From NCBI GenBank assembly GCA_021732605.1, contig JAKFUS010000034.1, forward strand, positions 51,146 to 83,145: a stretch of DNA of 32,000 nucleotides, read 5' to 3'. Source of the DNA: Betaproteobacteria bacterium. GTDB taxonomy: Bacteria > Pseudomonadota > Gammaproteobacteria > Burkholderiales > SG8-41. The notes below the pieces were generated by a model. The model saw only the letters and a program-made list of their open reading frames with translations, was not told the origin of the DNA and made no database searches. The position numbers and the translations under genes were made by a program. Positions 1-9,063 of the stretch are shown here, one piece after another (position 1 is the first letter of the stretch; every line of letters begins with the position of its first letter).

Positions 1-463
1 GGCTGCCGGTTATCCCGAAGTCGATGATGTCAGCTACGCGATCCTGACCTACGACGACGGTGCTGTGATCAACCTCGGCGTCAGTTACGCCTTGCCGGAA
101 AAATATCCGGCGCTGGGTCATGCCGCGCGGGTCGAAGTGCTGGGCACCGAAGGCGTGATGATTCTCGACGATGATCACACCGACCAGCTGATGTACAGCA
201 ACAAGGGCATCCCGCATGTCTACCTGCCGGATCACAACGTCAACATGGTGTTCCTGCAAAGCGGCACGCCGGGTGACTGGGCGCTGGGCGAATTCTGGGG
301 GCCGATTGCCAACGAGACCCGCGCCTGGCTCGACCATCTGGCGATGGGCAAGCCCTGTTCGCTGGCCACCCCGCGCGAGGCACGCACCAATCTCGAAGCG
401 ACGCTGGCGATTGAGCATTCGATCGCCACCGGCCGCCCAGTCACATTGCCGCTGGCCCAATAA
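1..463 (+). CDS. Gfo/Idh/MocA-family oxidoreductase, C-terminal part (5' end lies upstream of the window)
   Basis: Frame 2 is open from the window edge (AAGYPEVDDVSYAILTYDDGAVINLGVSY...) to TAA 461-463. The ORF-track entry 65-463 is only an internal GTG. The sequence resembles the C-terminal alpha/beta domain of Gfo/Idh/MocA dehydrogenases. This is recognised by eye; the Rossmann part is not visible. Confidence 0.55.
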   Translation, partial: AAGYPEVDDVSYAILTYDDGAVINLGVSYALPEKYPALGHAARVEVLGTEGVMILDDDHTDQLMYSNKGIPHVYLPDHNVNMVFLQSGTPGDWALGEFWGPIANETRAWLDHLAMGKPCSLATPREARTNLEATLAIEHSIATGRPVTLPLAQ

Positions 464-493
464 GGCTGGGCTTCAGGCCAGAGGAATTCCGGT

Positions 494-1465
494 ATGAAAC
501 GCAGGTTTACAATATTTGTATGGTTGTCAGTGGCTCTGGGCGCAGTGCAACCCGCGCTGGCTGCCGACATTTGGCCAGCACGGCCGATCCGCATGATCGT
601 GGCCTATCCTCCCGGCGGTGGTACTGACCAGGTTGGTCGCTTGATGGCCGACCAGCTGACCCAGCCGCTGGGGCAGAACGTTATTCTCGACAATCGCGGC
701 GGCGCTACTGGCAACATCGGCACTGAACTCGCTGCACGTGCCGTGCCCGATGGTTACACGCTGCTGATGGGCAATGTCGCGCCGAACGCGGTCAACGTCA
801 GTCTGTTCAAAAAACTTGGCTTTGATCCGGTGAAAGATTTTTCTCCGATCAGCCTGGTTGCCGTGACGCCGAACATTCTGGTGGCGCATCCGTCGCTGGC
901 GGTGAAAAGCGTCAAGGAACTGTTGTCACTGGCAAAAGCCAAGCCGGGGACGCTGAATTTTCCGTCGGCCGGCGTTGGCAGTTCGTCGCACCTGGCGGGG
1001 GAGTTGCTGAAATCGCTGGCGAAAATCGACATGGTGCATGTGCCGTTCAAAGGTGGCGGCCCGGCACTGGTGGCGATGATCTCGGGTGAAGTGCAGATCA
1101 TGTTTGCCACCATGCCGGCGGCGATGCCGCATGTGAAATCGGGCAAGGCGCGCCCGATCGCGGTGACCACGGCGAAACGTTCGCTGGCGATGCCGGAACT
1201 GCCGACCATCGCCGAAGCGGGCGTGACGGGGTATGAAGCCTCAACCTGGTACGGACTGCTGGCGCCGGCCAAAACTCCGAAAGCCATTATCGACCGGCTG
1301 CATGCCGAGACCGTGAAAATTCTCGCCGGTCCGGCGCGGCAGCGTCTCGAGGTCCAGGGTTTCGAGCCCATTGGTGGCACTCCGGCGGAATTCAGCGCCT
1401 ATATCAAATCCGAAATCGTGAAGTGGGCGAAAGTCATCAAGGACGCGAACATTCCGGCTGAATAG
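494..1465 (+). CDS. Bug/TctC-family tripartite tricarboxylate transporter substrate-binding protein (copy 1)
   Basis: ATG 494 follows GAGGA (481-485). Signal peptide MKRRFTIFVWLSVALGAVQPALA. Family blocks RPIRMIVAYPPGGGTD, LDNRGGATGNIG, PDGYTLLMG, MVHVPFKGGGPA, YGLLAPAKTP. 323 aa, the usual size for this family. Confidence 0.92.
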   Translation: MKRRFTIFVWLSVALGAVQPALAADIWPARPIRMIVAYPPGGGTDQVGRLMADQLTQPLGQNVILDNRGGATGNIGTELAARAVPDGYTLLMGNVAPNAVNVSLFKKLGFDPVKDFSPISLVAVTPNILVAHPSLAVKSVKELLSLAKAKPGTLNFPSAGVGSSSHLAGELLKSLAKIDMVHVPFKGGGPALVAMISGEVQIMFATMPAAMPHVKSGKARPIAVTTAKRSLAMPELPTIAEAGVTGYEASTWYGLLAPAKTPKAIIDRLHAETVKILAGPARQRLEVQGFEPIGGTPAEFSAYIKSEIVKWAKVIKDANIPAE

Positions 1466-1494
1466 CGGATTCGCGGCTGCAATCAGGAGTGATC

Positions 1495-2469
1495 ATGGTT
1501 TACAGAATGTTGGGAATAATCGCCGCCGCGCTGCTGGCCTGGCCCGTGCAGGCGCAAGTGCCGAATTATCCAGTACGGCCCATCCGTTTCATCGTGCCTT
1601 TCCCGCCGGGCGGCGGCACCGATACCGTGGCGCGGCTGATTGCGCAGCCGCTGGGCGAACGCCTGAAACAGCAGATCATCATCGACAACCGCAGCGGCGC
1701 CAATGCCATCATCGGCACCGACCTCGGCGCCAAGGCGCCGGCTGACGGCTACACGCTGCTGTTCTGCCTGCCGGCCAGTGTATCGATCAATCCGACGCTG
1801 TACCAGACTCTGCCCTATGATCCGGCGCACGATTTCTCGCCAGTGATCCAGTTAAATACCATCGCGCTGCTGCTGGTGACGGCCAACGTGCTGTCGGTAA
1901 AAAATGTCGCCGAACTGATTGCCCACGCCAAAGCGCGGCCGGGCCAGCTCAACTTTGCCTCTTCGGGCAACGGCAGCTCAGCCCACCTTGGGATGGAATT
2001 GTTCAATGCAACCACCGGCATCCGCATGGTGCACGTGCCGTACAAGGGCGGCGGGCCGGCGATGGCGGATACGATTTCCGGTCAGACGCACATGATGGCA
2101 GGGCCGATGATCGCGGCGATGCCGCATGTCCGGGGCGGGCGGGTCCGTGCACTGGCGGTGATGACGCCAAAGCGCGTGAAGGGATTTCCCGACGTCGAGG
2201 CCATGGGGGAGACGCTGCCGGGTTTTGACGCCAGCCTCTGGCACGGTGTGCTGGTTCCGCGCGGAACACCTCTGTCAATCGTGCAACGCCTGAACCGCGA
2301 GTTGAACGAGGTGTTGCGCCGGCCGGAGGTGGCGGACCGCATGGCGACGCAGGGCGCGGAGGCGGTCGGCGGCACGCCGGCGCAGTTCGCCGCGCTGATC
2401 CGGTCGGACACTGCCAAGTACGCGAAACTGCTTAAAGATGTCGGTCTTGCGCGCAGCGTGAGCCAATAA
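1495..2469 (+). CDS. Bug/TctC-family substrate-binding protein (copy 2)
   Basis: AGGAG 1485-1489 then ATG 1495. The GTG at 1489 in the ORF track overlaps the SD, so ATG 1495 is preferred. Signal peptide ends AWPVQAQ. Blocks VRPIRFIVPFPPGGGTD, IDNRSGANAIIG, ADGYTLL, MVHVPYKGGGPA. Confidence 0.9.
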   Translation: MVYRMLGIIAAALLAWPVQAQVPNYPVRPIRFIVPFPPGGGTDTVARLIAQPLGERLKQQIIIDNRSGANAIIGTDLGAKAPADGYTLLFCLPASVSINPTLYQTLPYDPAHDFSPVIQLNTIALLLVTANVLSVKNVAELIAHAKARPGQLNFASSGNGSSAHLGMELFNATTGIRMVHVPYKGGGPAMADTISGQTHMMAGPMIAAMPHVRGGRVRALAVMTPKRVKGFPDVEAMGETLPGFDASLWHGVLVPRGTPLSIVQRLNRELNEVLRRPEVADRMATQGAEAVGGTPAQFAALIRSDTAKYAKLLKDVGLARSVSQ

Positions 2470-2498
2470 CGCCTCAATCATCACAGGAGATAAACAGC

Positions 2499-3653
2499 AT
2501 GAAAGCCGGTTTTCTGTATTTTCCCGAGAGCTTCATGTGGTCGCAGGGCATGATGATTGTCATCGAGATGGCGCGCTGGGGCGGTTCGGCGATGAGCGAG
2601 GTGGATCGTGTCGGCCGCCGCCTCAAGGGCAAGGTGGGCGACAATGAGGCTTGGGGCACGGAGTGGGAAAAAGAGGCGCAGCGCATCGAGGCGATGGGCG
2701 ATGCTGCGATAAAGGACAACTTTGTACTGTCGGCCGCAGGCCACTATCTGCGCGCGGCGACTTATTACTTTGTCGGTGAACGTTTTGTCGGGCTCGGCCC
2801 GAAAAAAATTGAGCTCTACCAGAGCTGCCTGCGCTGCTTCAGGCTCGGCATCAAGCACCGTTATCCGAATATCGAACGCGTTACAGTGCCCTATGTCCAC
2901 GAAGGCAAGGCGACGACGTTGCCGGCCTGGTTCATGAAGGCACCGGGAACAAAACCCGCGCCGACCGTGTGTTTTTTTGATGGTCTCGACAGCACCAAGG
3001 AATTGTCCATCCTCTTCGGTGGCGTCGAACTCGCGCTGCGCGGCATCAACACGCTCGCCATCGACGGACCGGGGCAGGGTGAGGCGCTGCGGCTGCAGAA
3101 CATTCCCAGCCGCTTTGATTATGAGGTGCCGGGTACGGCGGCCTACGAATATCTGGCGGCACGTCCGGATGTCGATGCCAAACGCGTGGCGATCATGGCC
3201 TACAGCATGGGCGGTTATTACGCGCCGCGCGTCGCTGCTTTCGAGAAACGCTTTGCTGCCTGCATTGCCTGGGGCGGCCATTACGACTATCACGCGACCT
3301 GGATCTCGCGGCGCAAAATCCAGGAGTCCGGCGGCACCCAGTTGTCGGCCCCGCATTACCAGCTGCCCTGGGTGATGGGCATGCCGGACATGGATTCGGC
3401 GATGAAAAAATGCGAGTCCTACAAACTCGAAGGCGTGGCGAACAAAATCACCTGTCCGTTCCTGGTGACCCACGGTGAGCAGGATTCCATTTCGCCGGTG
3501 GCCAATGCCCAGCTGTTGTACGACGCGGTCAGTTCGAAGAAAAAAACCCTCAAAGTATTCACCGCGGAAGAAGGTGGTGCCGAGCATTGTCAGGGGGACA
3601 ACCGTTTCCTGGGCGCGACCTATGTCGCGGACTGGATCGCAGCGAATCTTTGA
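2499..3653 (+). CDS. alpha/beta-fold hydrolase (FrsA / 2,6-dihydropseudooxynicotine-hydrolase-like)
   Basis: AGGAGA 2485-2490, ATG 2499; 384 aa. Nucleophile elbow AIMAYSMGGYY (A/G-x-S-x-G). Helical N-terminal cap region followed by an alpha/beta core (VCFFDGLDSTKE, THGEQDSISP, GGAEHCQ). Subfamily assignment by eye only. Confidence 0.75.
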   Translation: MKAGFLYFPESFMWSQGMMIVIEMARWGGSAMSEVDRVGRRLKGKVGDNEAWGTEWEKEAQRIEAMGDAAIKDNFVLSAAGHYLRAATYYFVGERFVGLGPKKIELYQSCLRCFRLGIKHRYPNIERVTVPYVHEGKATTLPAWFMKAPGTKPAPTVCFFDGLDSTKELSILFGGVELALRGINTLAIDGPGQGEALRLQNIPSRFDYEVPGTAAYEYLAARPDVDAKRVAIMAYSMGGYYAPRVAAFEKRFAACIAWGGHYDYHATWISRRKIQESGGTQLSAPHYQLPWVMGMPDMDSAMKKCESYKLEGVANKITCPFLVTHGEQDSISPVANAQLLYDAVSSKKKTLKVFTAEEGGAEHCQGDNRFLGATYVADWIAANL

Positions 3654-3682
3654 TCCCGGCTGCTGCCGGGGGGAGCATGGTC

Positions 3683-4654
3683 ATGAACCGTATCACCTGT
3701 GCAGTCTCAGCATTGTTGTGCGCGATTACAGGTTTTGCACTGCCCGTTGCCGCGCAGTCGTTTCCGGCCAAGCCGGTGCGCATCGTCGTGCCTTACCCGC
3801 CGGGTGGCCCGCTCGATGAAGTGGCGCGCGCGCTGGCGCTGAAACTGTCTCCGGTCTGGGGGCAACAGGTGCTGATTGACAACCGCAGCGGCGCCGGCGG
3901 CAGCATCGGCGCCGACGTGGTGGCGAAATCGCCGCCTGACGGTTACACCATGGTGCTGGCTAATTCCGGCCCAATCACCATCAACGTGTCCTTGCGTAAG
4001 GATCTGCCCTACGACCCGCAAAAGGATCTCGCGCCGGTCACGCAGATCATCAGCGGGCCGATGGTGCTGGTGGTGCATCCCTCGCTGCCGGTGAAATCGG
4101 TGAAGGACCTGATCGCCCTGGCGCGCGCCAATCCCGGCAAACTCAATTACGCCTCTGCCGGCGTCGGCAACCTGCAGCACCTTGGCATGGAGCACCTGCA
4201 GGCACTGGCGAAAGTCAAAATGAATCACGTACCTTACAAGGGCGCGGCACCGGCCTTCATCGACACGCTGAGCGGCCGCATCGACCTGCAGTTCGCCAAC
4301 ATCGTCGGCGTGTTGCCGCATGTCGCCAACAAGCGCGTGCGTGCCATCGCCATTTCTGCGGCGCGCGGCTCCACAGTGCTGCCGGATGTTCCGGGCGTGG
4401 CCGCGACATTGCCGCAGTTTGATCTCGATGGCTGGATGGGGCTGTTCGTCCGCGCAGGGACACCGCCGGACATCATCGCCAAACTGCATCGTGATCTGGC
4501 GGCCGCCGTGCAGAGCCCGGATTATCGCGAGCGCTTTGCCCAACGCGGCGCCGATGTCGTAGTGGGCGGGCCCGAAGGGCTGGCTAAAATCGTGCGTGAA
4601 GAAATTCCGATTTACGCCGGCATCATCAAGTCGGCAAAAATCACACCGGAGTAA
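3683..4654 (+). CDS. Bug/TctC-family substrate-binding protein (copy 3)
   Basis: ORF-track start 3587 overlaps the hydrolase gene. GGGGGGAG (3668-3675) lies 7 nt before ATG 3683; ATG 3677 is too close to the SD but cannot be excluded. Signal peptide MNRITCAVSALLCAITGFALPVAAQ. Blocks KPVRIVVPYPPGGPLD, IDNRSGAGGSIG, PDGYTMVL, MNHVPYKGAAPA. Confidence 0.9.
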   Translation: MNRITCAVSALLCAITGFALPVAAQSFPAKPVRIVVPYPPGGPLDEVARALALKLSPVWGQQVLIDNRSGAGGSIGADVVAKSPPDGYTMVLANSGPITINVSLRKDLPYDPQKDLAPVTQIISGPMVLVVHPSLPVKSVKDLIALARANPGKLNYASAGVGNLQHLGMEHLQALAKVKMNHVPYKGAAPAFIDTLSGRIDLQFANIVGVLPHVANKRVRAIAISAARGSTVLPDVPGVAATLPQFDLDGWMGLFVRAGTPPDIIAKLHRDLAAAVQSPDYRERFAQRGADVVVGGPEGLAKIVREEIPIYAGIIKSAKITPE

Positions 4655-4659
4655 CCCGC

Positions 4660-5580
4660 ATGTCTTTTTTTGAACCACCGCGACTGATCGAGGCCGATGT
4701 GTTCGCCGCAGTCCCCGACCGCCTGCGCAAGGGCGGCGCGCCTTCGAGCTGGATCGATGCCAACCATCCCGGATCGAAGCTCGATTGTTTTCTTGAGGGT
4801 CCGGCCTTCGACCGCGAGGGCAATCTGTACATGGTCGACATTCCGTACGGCCGCATCCTGCGTATGTCACCCAAGGGCGAGTTTGATGTTGCCGCCGAAT
4901 ACGACGGCTGGCCCAACGGCATTGCCATCCATCGCGACGGTTCCATTTTTATCGCCGACTACCGCCGCGGCATTCTGCGTTGCGATCCCAAGACCGGGCG
5001 CGTCGAGGATTTCCTGACGCATAACCAATCCGAAGGTTTCAAGGGCGTCAACGATCTGACTTTCGCGCGCAACGGCGATCTCTATTTCACCGACCAGGGC
5101 CAGACCGGCATCCATGACCCGACCGGTCGCGTGTACCGCCATGGCGCCGACGGGCGACTCGATTGCCTGATCACTAACGGGCCCAGCCCCAATGGCATCG
5201 TGCTCGATCCGCAGGACAAGGTCATGTATGTCGCGATGACCCGCGCCAACTGCATGTGGCATTGCCCGCTGAAGGGCGGCAGCATTTCCAAGGCGGGCGT
5301 GTTCGCCGTGTTGCCGGGCATTCACGGCCCCGACGGATTGGCGATGGATGAAGCCGGCAATCTGTCGGCAGCCCATGCGCGGCCCGGCATCGTCTGGTTG
5401 TTCAGTCCGCTCGGCGAACCGTTGTGTCGCGTGCAAAGCCGTCATCAAGGCAATCGCATGACCAACATGGCGTATGGCGGCGCTGATCGCAAAACGCTGT
5501 ACGTCGTTGACTCCTATCGCGGCGAAATCCTCACCGCACCCATGCCGACAGCCGGTAAAGCGCTGTATTCGCATCTCTGA
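4660..5580 (+). CDS. SMP-30/gluconolactonase/LRE-family (lactonase-like) protein
   Basis: ATG 4660 lies 5 nt after the upstream stop codon; 306 aa. Beta-propeller lactonase-type motifs LEGPAFDREGNLYMVD, WPNGIAIHRDG, NGDLYFTDQG, SPNGIVLD, GPDGLAMDEAGNL. Confidence 0.85.
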   Translation: MSFFEPPRLIEADVFAAVPDRLRKGGAPSSWIDANHPGSKLDCFLEGPAFDREGNLYMVDIPYGRILRMSPKGEFDVAAEYDGWPNGIAIHRDGSIFIADYRRGILRCDPKTGRVEDFLTHNQSEGFKGVNDLTFARNGDLYFTDQGQTGIHDPTGRVYRHGADGRLDCLITNGPSPNGIVLDPQDKVMYVAMTRANCMWHCPLKGGSISKAGVFAVLPGIHGPDGLAMDEAGNLSAAHARPGIVWLFSPLGEPLCRVQSRHQGNRMTNMAYGGADRKTLYVVDSYRGEILTAPMPTAGKALYSHL

Positions 5581-5592
5581 GGAGTATAAATA

Positions 5593-6561
5593 ATGAATAA
5601 AATCAATAACTTATTGATGTACATTGGCTTGGCGGCTGTGGCAGCGCAGGCGCAGGCGCAAACCACTTATCCGACACGTGCGGTGCGCCTGATCGTGCCG
5701 TCGTCCCCGGGCGGTGGCACCGACATCTCGGCACGCATCCTCGCGCCGCAACTGACGCAGTTCCTCGGTCAGCAGGTCATCGTTGATAACCGGCCGGGTG
5801 CGGGCACCATGATCGGCGCCGAAGCGGTGGCGCGCGCTGCACCTGATGGTTACACGCTGCTGATGGGCATCAGCACGCTGGCGATCAATCCGGCGATGTA
5901 CAAAAAGGTGACCTATGACGCGTTGAAAGATCTCGCGCCGATCTCGCAGGCGGTCTCGCTGTCCAACGTGCTGGTGATTCATCCGTCGCTGCCGACGCGC
6001 AATGTCAAAGAGTTCGTCACCTTCGTCAGGGCGCGTTCCGGTCAGATCAATTTTGCATCCGCCGGTGTCGGTACCAGTCCGCACCTGTCGATGGAACTGC
6101 TGTTGGTGCTGGCCAAACTGAACATGGTGCATGTGCCGTACAAGGGTTCGGGACCGGGTGTCACCGACCTCGTCGCCGGTCATGTGCCGGTGATGATGCC
6201 CAATATGCTGTCAGCGCAACCCCATATCAAAACCGGCCGGCTGCGTGCACTGGGCGTGACCGGTACCAAACGTGCGCCGGGCGCCGAAGACATTCCGACC
6301 ATCGCCGAAGCCGGCGTGCCGGGCTATGAAGCCGTGCAGTGGTACGGCGTGCTGGCACCCGCAGCAACGCCGCGCGACATCATCACCAAGCTGCATACCG
6401 GTGTGGTGCGAGCACTGCAAAATCCGGATGTGCGGCAGCGCCTGCTGAATGACGGCGCGGAACCGGTGGGCAGCAGCCCCGAGGAGTTTGCTGCTTACCT
6501 GCGCAGCGAAACCACGAAATGGGCCCAGGTCATCAAGGCTGCCGGCATCAAGCCTGAATAA
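5593..6561 (+). CDS. Bug/TctC-family substrate-binding protein (copy 4)
   Basis: GAGGAG 5579-5584, ATG 5593. Signal peptide MNKINNLLMYIGLAAVAAQAQA. Blocks RAVRLIVPSSPGGGTD, VDNRPGAGTMIG, PDGYTLLMG, MVHVPYKGSGPG. Confidence 0.92.
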   Translation: MNKINNLLMYIGLAAVAAQAQAQTTYPTRAVRLIVPSSPGGGTDISARILAPQLTQFLGQQVIVDNRPGAGTMIGAEAVARAAPDGYTLLMGISTLAINPAMYKKVTYDALKDLAPISQAVSLSNVLVIHPSLPTRNVKEFVTFVRARSGQINFASAGVGTSPHLSMELLLVLAKLNMVHVPYKGSGPGVTDLVAGHVPVMMPNMLSAQPHIKTGRLRALGVTGTKRAPGAEDIPTIAEAGVPGYEAVQWYGVLAPAATPRDIITKLHTGVVRALQNPDVRQRLLNDGAEPVGSSPEEFAAYLRSETTKWAQVIKAAGIKPE

Positions 6562-6583
6562 AGCACCGAATAAGCAATATCGA

Positions 6584-7963
6584 ATGTCGATGAAAAAGAA
6601 ACCCGCAGTCATTTCTCCGTTGATGAAGACGCTGGCGACGTACATCGCCGCCGCCCCGCGCCGTGCGCTGCCCGCCGCCGTCACCGAACGCGCCAAGCAC
6701 CATCTACTTGATACCTTGTCCGCGATGCTGTCAGGCTCAAAACTGTTGCCGGGCCGGCGCGCGATTGAGTTCATCAAAACCCAGGGCGGTGTGCCCGAGG
6801 CCACGGTGATCGGCAGCAACATCGTCACTACCGCGATCAACGCCGCGCTGGCCAACGGCATGCATGCCCATGCCGATGAAACCGATGACACCTATTACCT
6901 CGCGCTGGTCCATCCGGGTTGCGGCGTGGTGCCTGCGGCGCTGGCGCTGGCCGAACGTGAACGGGCGGGTGGCACGGCCCTGCTGCGCGCGCTGGTGCTG
7001 GGATACGACGTCTGCGCGCGGATGTCGATCGCGCTGGGCATCGAGCGTTTTCGTGAGCGCGGCCATTCCACGCACAGCTTCGGCCATATGTTTGGTGCCG
7101 CTGCCGCGGGCGCTGCGATCATGAAACTAAATGTCGATCAGACGCGGTACCTGCTGTCCTACACCGCGCAGCAGGCCTCGGGCCTGTCGTGCTGGGCGCG
7201 CGATATCGAACACATAGAAAAGGCCTTTGATTTCGGCGGCATGCCGGCGCGGAACGGGGTCACCGCGGCGCTGATGACATCAATGCGTTTTACCGGCGTT
7301 GAAGATGTATTCGACGGCGACCGCAGCTTTTTCCATGCCCATGGCCTGACTGCGGATCCGAAAAAACTGATTCAGGGGCTCGGCAAGACTTACGAAATCA
7401 TGAACACCTCGATCAAGCGCTGGGCCATCGGTTATCCGATCCAGGCGCCGATCGACGCGGTGCTCAATCTCATCGAGAAGCACCGCATCACCGCCGGTGA
7501 TGTCGAACGCGTGGTGATCACCATCGACGACCAGGGCGCACGCACCGTTAACCAGCGCACCATGGCCAGCATCAACATCCAGCACCTGACGGCGGTAATG
7601 CTGCTCGACGGCGACATCACCTTTGCCTCTGCGCATGATGACGGCAGGGTGCGCGATCCACGGGTGCTGGCGCTCAAAAATCGCATTATGTTGCAGGGCA
7701 GCGCCGCGCTGGGCCGGGCAAAGACCACACAGGCCATTGTCGAAATCACCACCCGCGACGGCCGCTGCCTGCGCCATCACACCAAGGCGGTACGCGGTAC
7801 CGCGGCGAATCCGATGCCGCGCGCTGAGGTGGAGGCCAAAAGCCGTGACCTGCTGCTGCCGATCATCGGGCTTCGGAGTACCGCGCGCCTGATCGACACC
7901 GTGTGGAACATCGAGCGCCTGCGTGATGCACGTGTTTTGCGCCCACTGCTCCAAGTAAAATAA
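6584..7963 (+). CDS. MmgE/PrpD-family protein (2-methylcitrate-dehydratase-like fold; activity not assignable)
   Basis: ORF-track start 6449 lies inside the preceding Bug gene. The first ATGs after its stop are 6584 and 6590, and no clear SD is present. 459 aa. N-terminal LATYIAAAPRRALPAAVTERAKHHLLDTLSAMLSGS and the overall length are typical of the MmgE/PrpD family. Confidence 0.8.
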   Translation: MSMKKKPAVISPLMKTLATYIAAAPRRALPAAVTERAKHHLLDTLSAMLSGSKLLPGRRAIEFIKTQGGVPEATVIGSNIVTTAINAALANGMHAHADETDDTYYLALVHPGCGVVPAALALAERERAGGTALLRALVLGYDVCARMSIALGIERFRERGHSTHSFGHMFGAAAAGAAIMKLNVDQTRYLLSYTAQQASGLSCWARDIEHIEKAFDFGGMPARNGVTAALMTSMRFTGVEDVFDGDRSFFHAHGLTADPKKLIQGLGKTYEIMNTSIKRWAIGYPIQAPIDAVLNLIEKHRITAGDVERVVITIDDQGARTVNQRTMASINIQHLTAVMLLDGDITFASAHDDGRVRDPRVLALKNRIMLQGSAALGRAKTTQAIVEITTRDGRCLRHHTKAVRGTAANPMPRAEVEAKSRDLLLPIIGLRSTARLIDTVWNIERLRDARVLRPLLQVK

Positions 7964-8007
7964 CCGCAGTTTTTCGCTTTTTTTATAAATCACTGGAAAC
8001 CAACAGC

Positions 8008-8991
8008 ATGCGCTACGACCTGCACAGCCACGTCATCCCGCCGACCATCATTGCGGCGATGGAAAAAGATCCCAAACGTTTCCAGACCAGCATCACCGAA
8101 AAGGACGGCAAGAAATATTTCGATGTGCATGGCCGTCCGGCGATTCTGAGTCCGGAGTTTTACGATGCCGACTTCAAGGTCGAGTGGATGAATCAGAACA
8201 AACTCGACGTGTCGGTGATCTCGGTCGGCCCGCCGATTTATTTTTACTGGTTGTCGGCGGAGGCGGGCTTGCACGCTGCGCAACTCGCCAATGACGGCAT
8301 TGCGCAAATGGTGGCGAAACATCCGTCACGGCTGCGCGGCATGGCGCATCTGCCGATGCAGGATCCGGATGCGGCGATTGCCGAGCTGGAGCGGGTGGTC
8401 AAAACCCACGGTTTCAAGGCGGTGGAACTGGCGACCTCCATCGAAGGCACGCCGCTGGCCGACAAGAAATTCCGCAAGGTGCTCAAAACCATCGAGCAAA
8501 TGGGTTGTTTCATTTTCGCCCATCCCTACCAGTGCCTGGCCAAGGGCGGCATGGAAGAGTATTACCTGTCGAATTTCGTCGGTTTCCCGCTGGATACCAC
8601 GCTGATGGTGGCGCACCTGATGTTCAGCGGTGCGCTGGATGAAATGCCTGATCTGAAAATCATGCTGGCCCACGGTGGCGGATTCATTCCGTACCAGATC
8701 GGCCGATTTCGCCATGGCCACCAGGTGCGCAAGGAACCGAAAGTCAACAATGCGACGCCGCCGCGCGAACTGTTCAAGCGTTTTTATTTCGATTGCCTGA
8801 CCCACGACCCGCAGGCGGCGAAATACCTGATCGACCAGGTTGGCGCGGACCGCGTGGTTATCGGCACCGACCATCCCTTTGACATGGCGCCGCTGGACGT
8901 GCCGGCTGCAGTGGAAGGCATCCCCGGGCTGACTGAGGAGCAAAAAGCGTGGGTCTGTGAACGCACGGCTAAGGCGCTGCTCGGTGAGTAG
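8008..8991 (+). CDS. amidohydrolase-2 (ACMSD-type metal-dependent decarboxylase/hydratase) family protein
   Basis: 327 aa. N-terminal DLHSHVIPP (HxH metal ligands), LAHGGGFIPYQIGRFRHG, and VIGTDHPFD near the C-terminus. This pattern fits the aminocarboxymuconate-semialdehyde-decarboxylase group. Confidence 0.82.
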   Translation: MRYDLHSHVIPPTIIAAMEKDPKRFQTSITEKDGKKYFDVHGRPAILSPEFYDADFKVEWMNQNKLDVSVISVGPPIYFYWLSAEAGLHAAQLANDGIAQMVAKHPSRLRGMAHLPMQDPDAAIAELERVVKTHGFKAVELATSIEGTPLADKKFRKVLKTIEQMGCFIFAHPYQCLAKGGMEEYYLSNFVGFPLDTTLMVAHLMFSGALDEMPDLKIMLAHGGGFIPYQIGRFRHGHQVRKEPKVNNATPPRELFKRFYFDCLTHDPQAAKYLIDQVGADRVVIGTDHPFDMAPLDVPAAVEGIPGLTEEQKAWVCERTAKALLGE

Positions 8992-9063
8992 TCATTCGAA
9001 CCACAGGCAAACCTGGCCGGTCACCGGTATCCGGTTCCAACATCAGACTCAAACGGAAATTGC

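Noticed and set aside
3587-3682. N-terminal extensions suggested by the ORF track (3587, 6449, 16019, 22376)
   Set aside because: The extensions overlap the preceding or divergent gene and precede the signal peptide or conserved N-terminus. Internal starts with proper SD spacing (3683, 6584, 16061, 22568) fit the families better.
3707-4870. 387-aa minus-strand ORF. Similar long antisense or out-of-frame ORFs occur at 2481-3587(-), 12330-13229(+), 18270-19436(+) and 21241-22143(+)
   Set aside because: All overlap homology-supported genes. They have arginine-rich low-information sequences and lack ribosome-binding sites.
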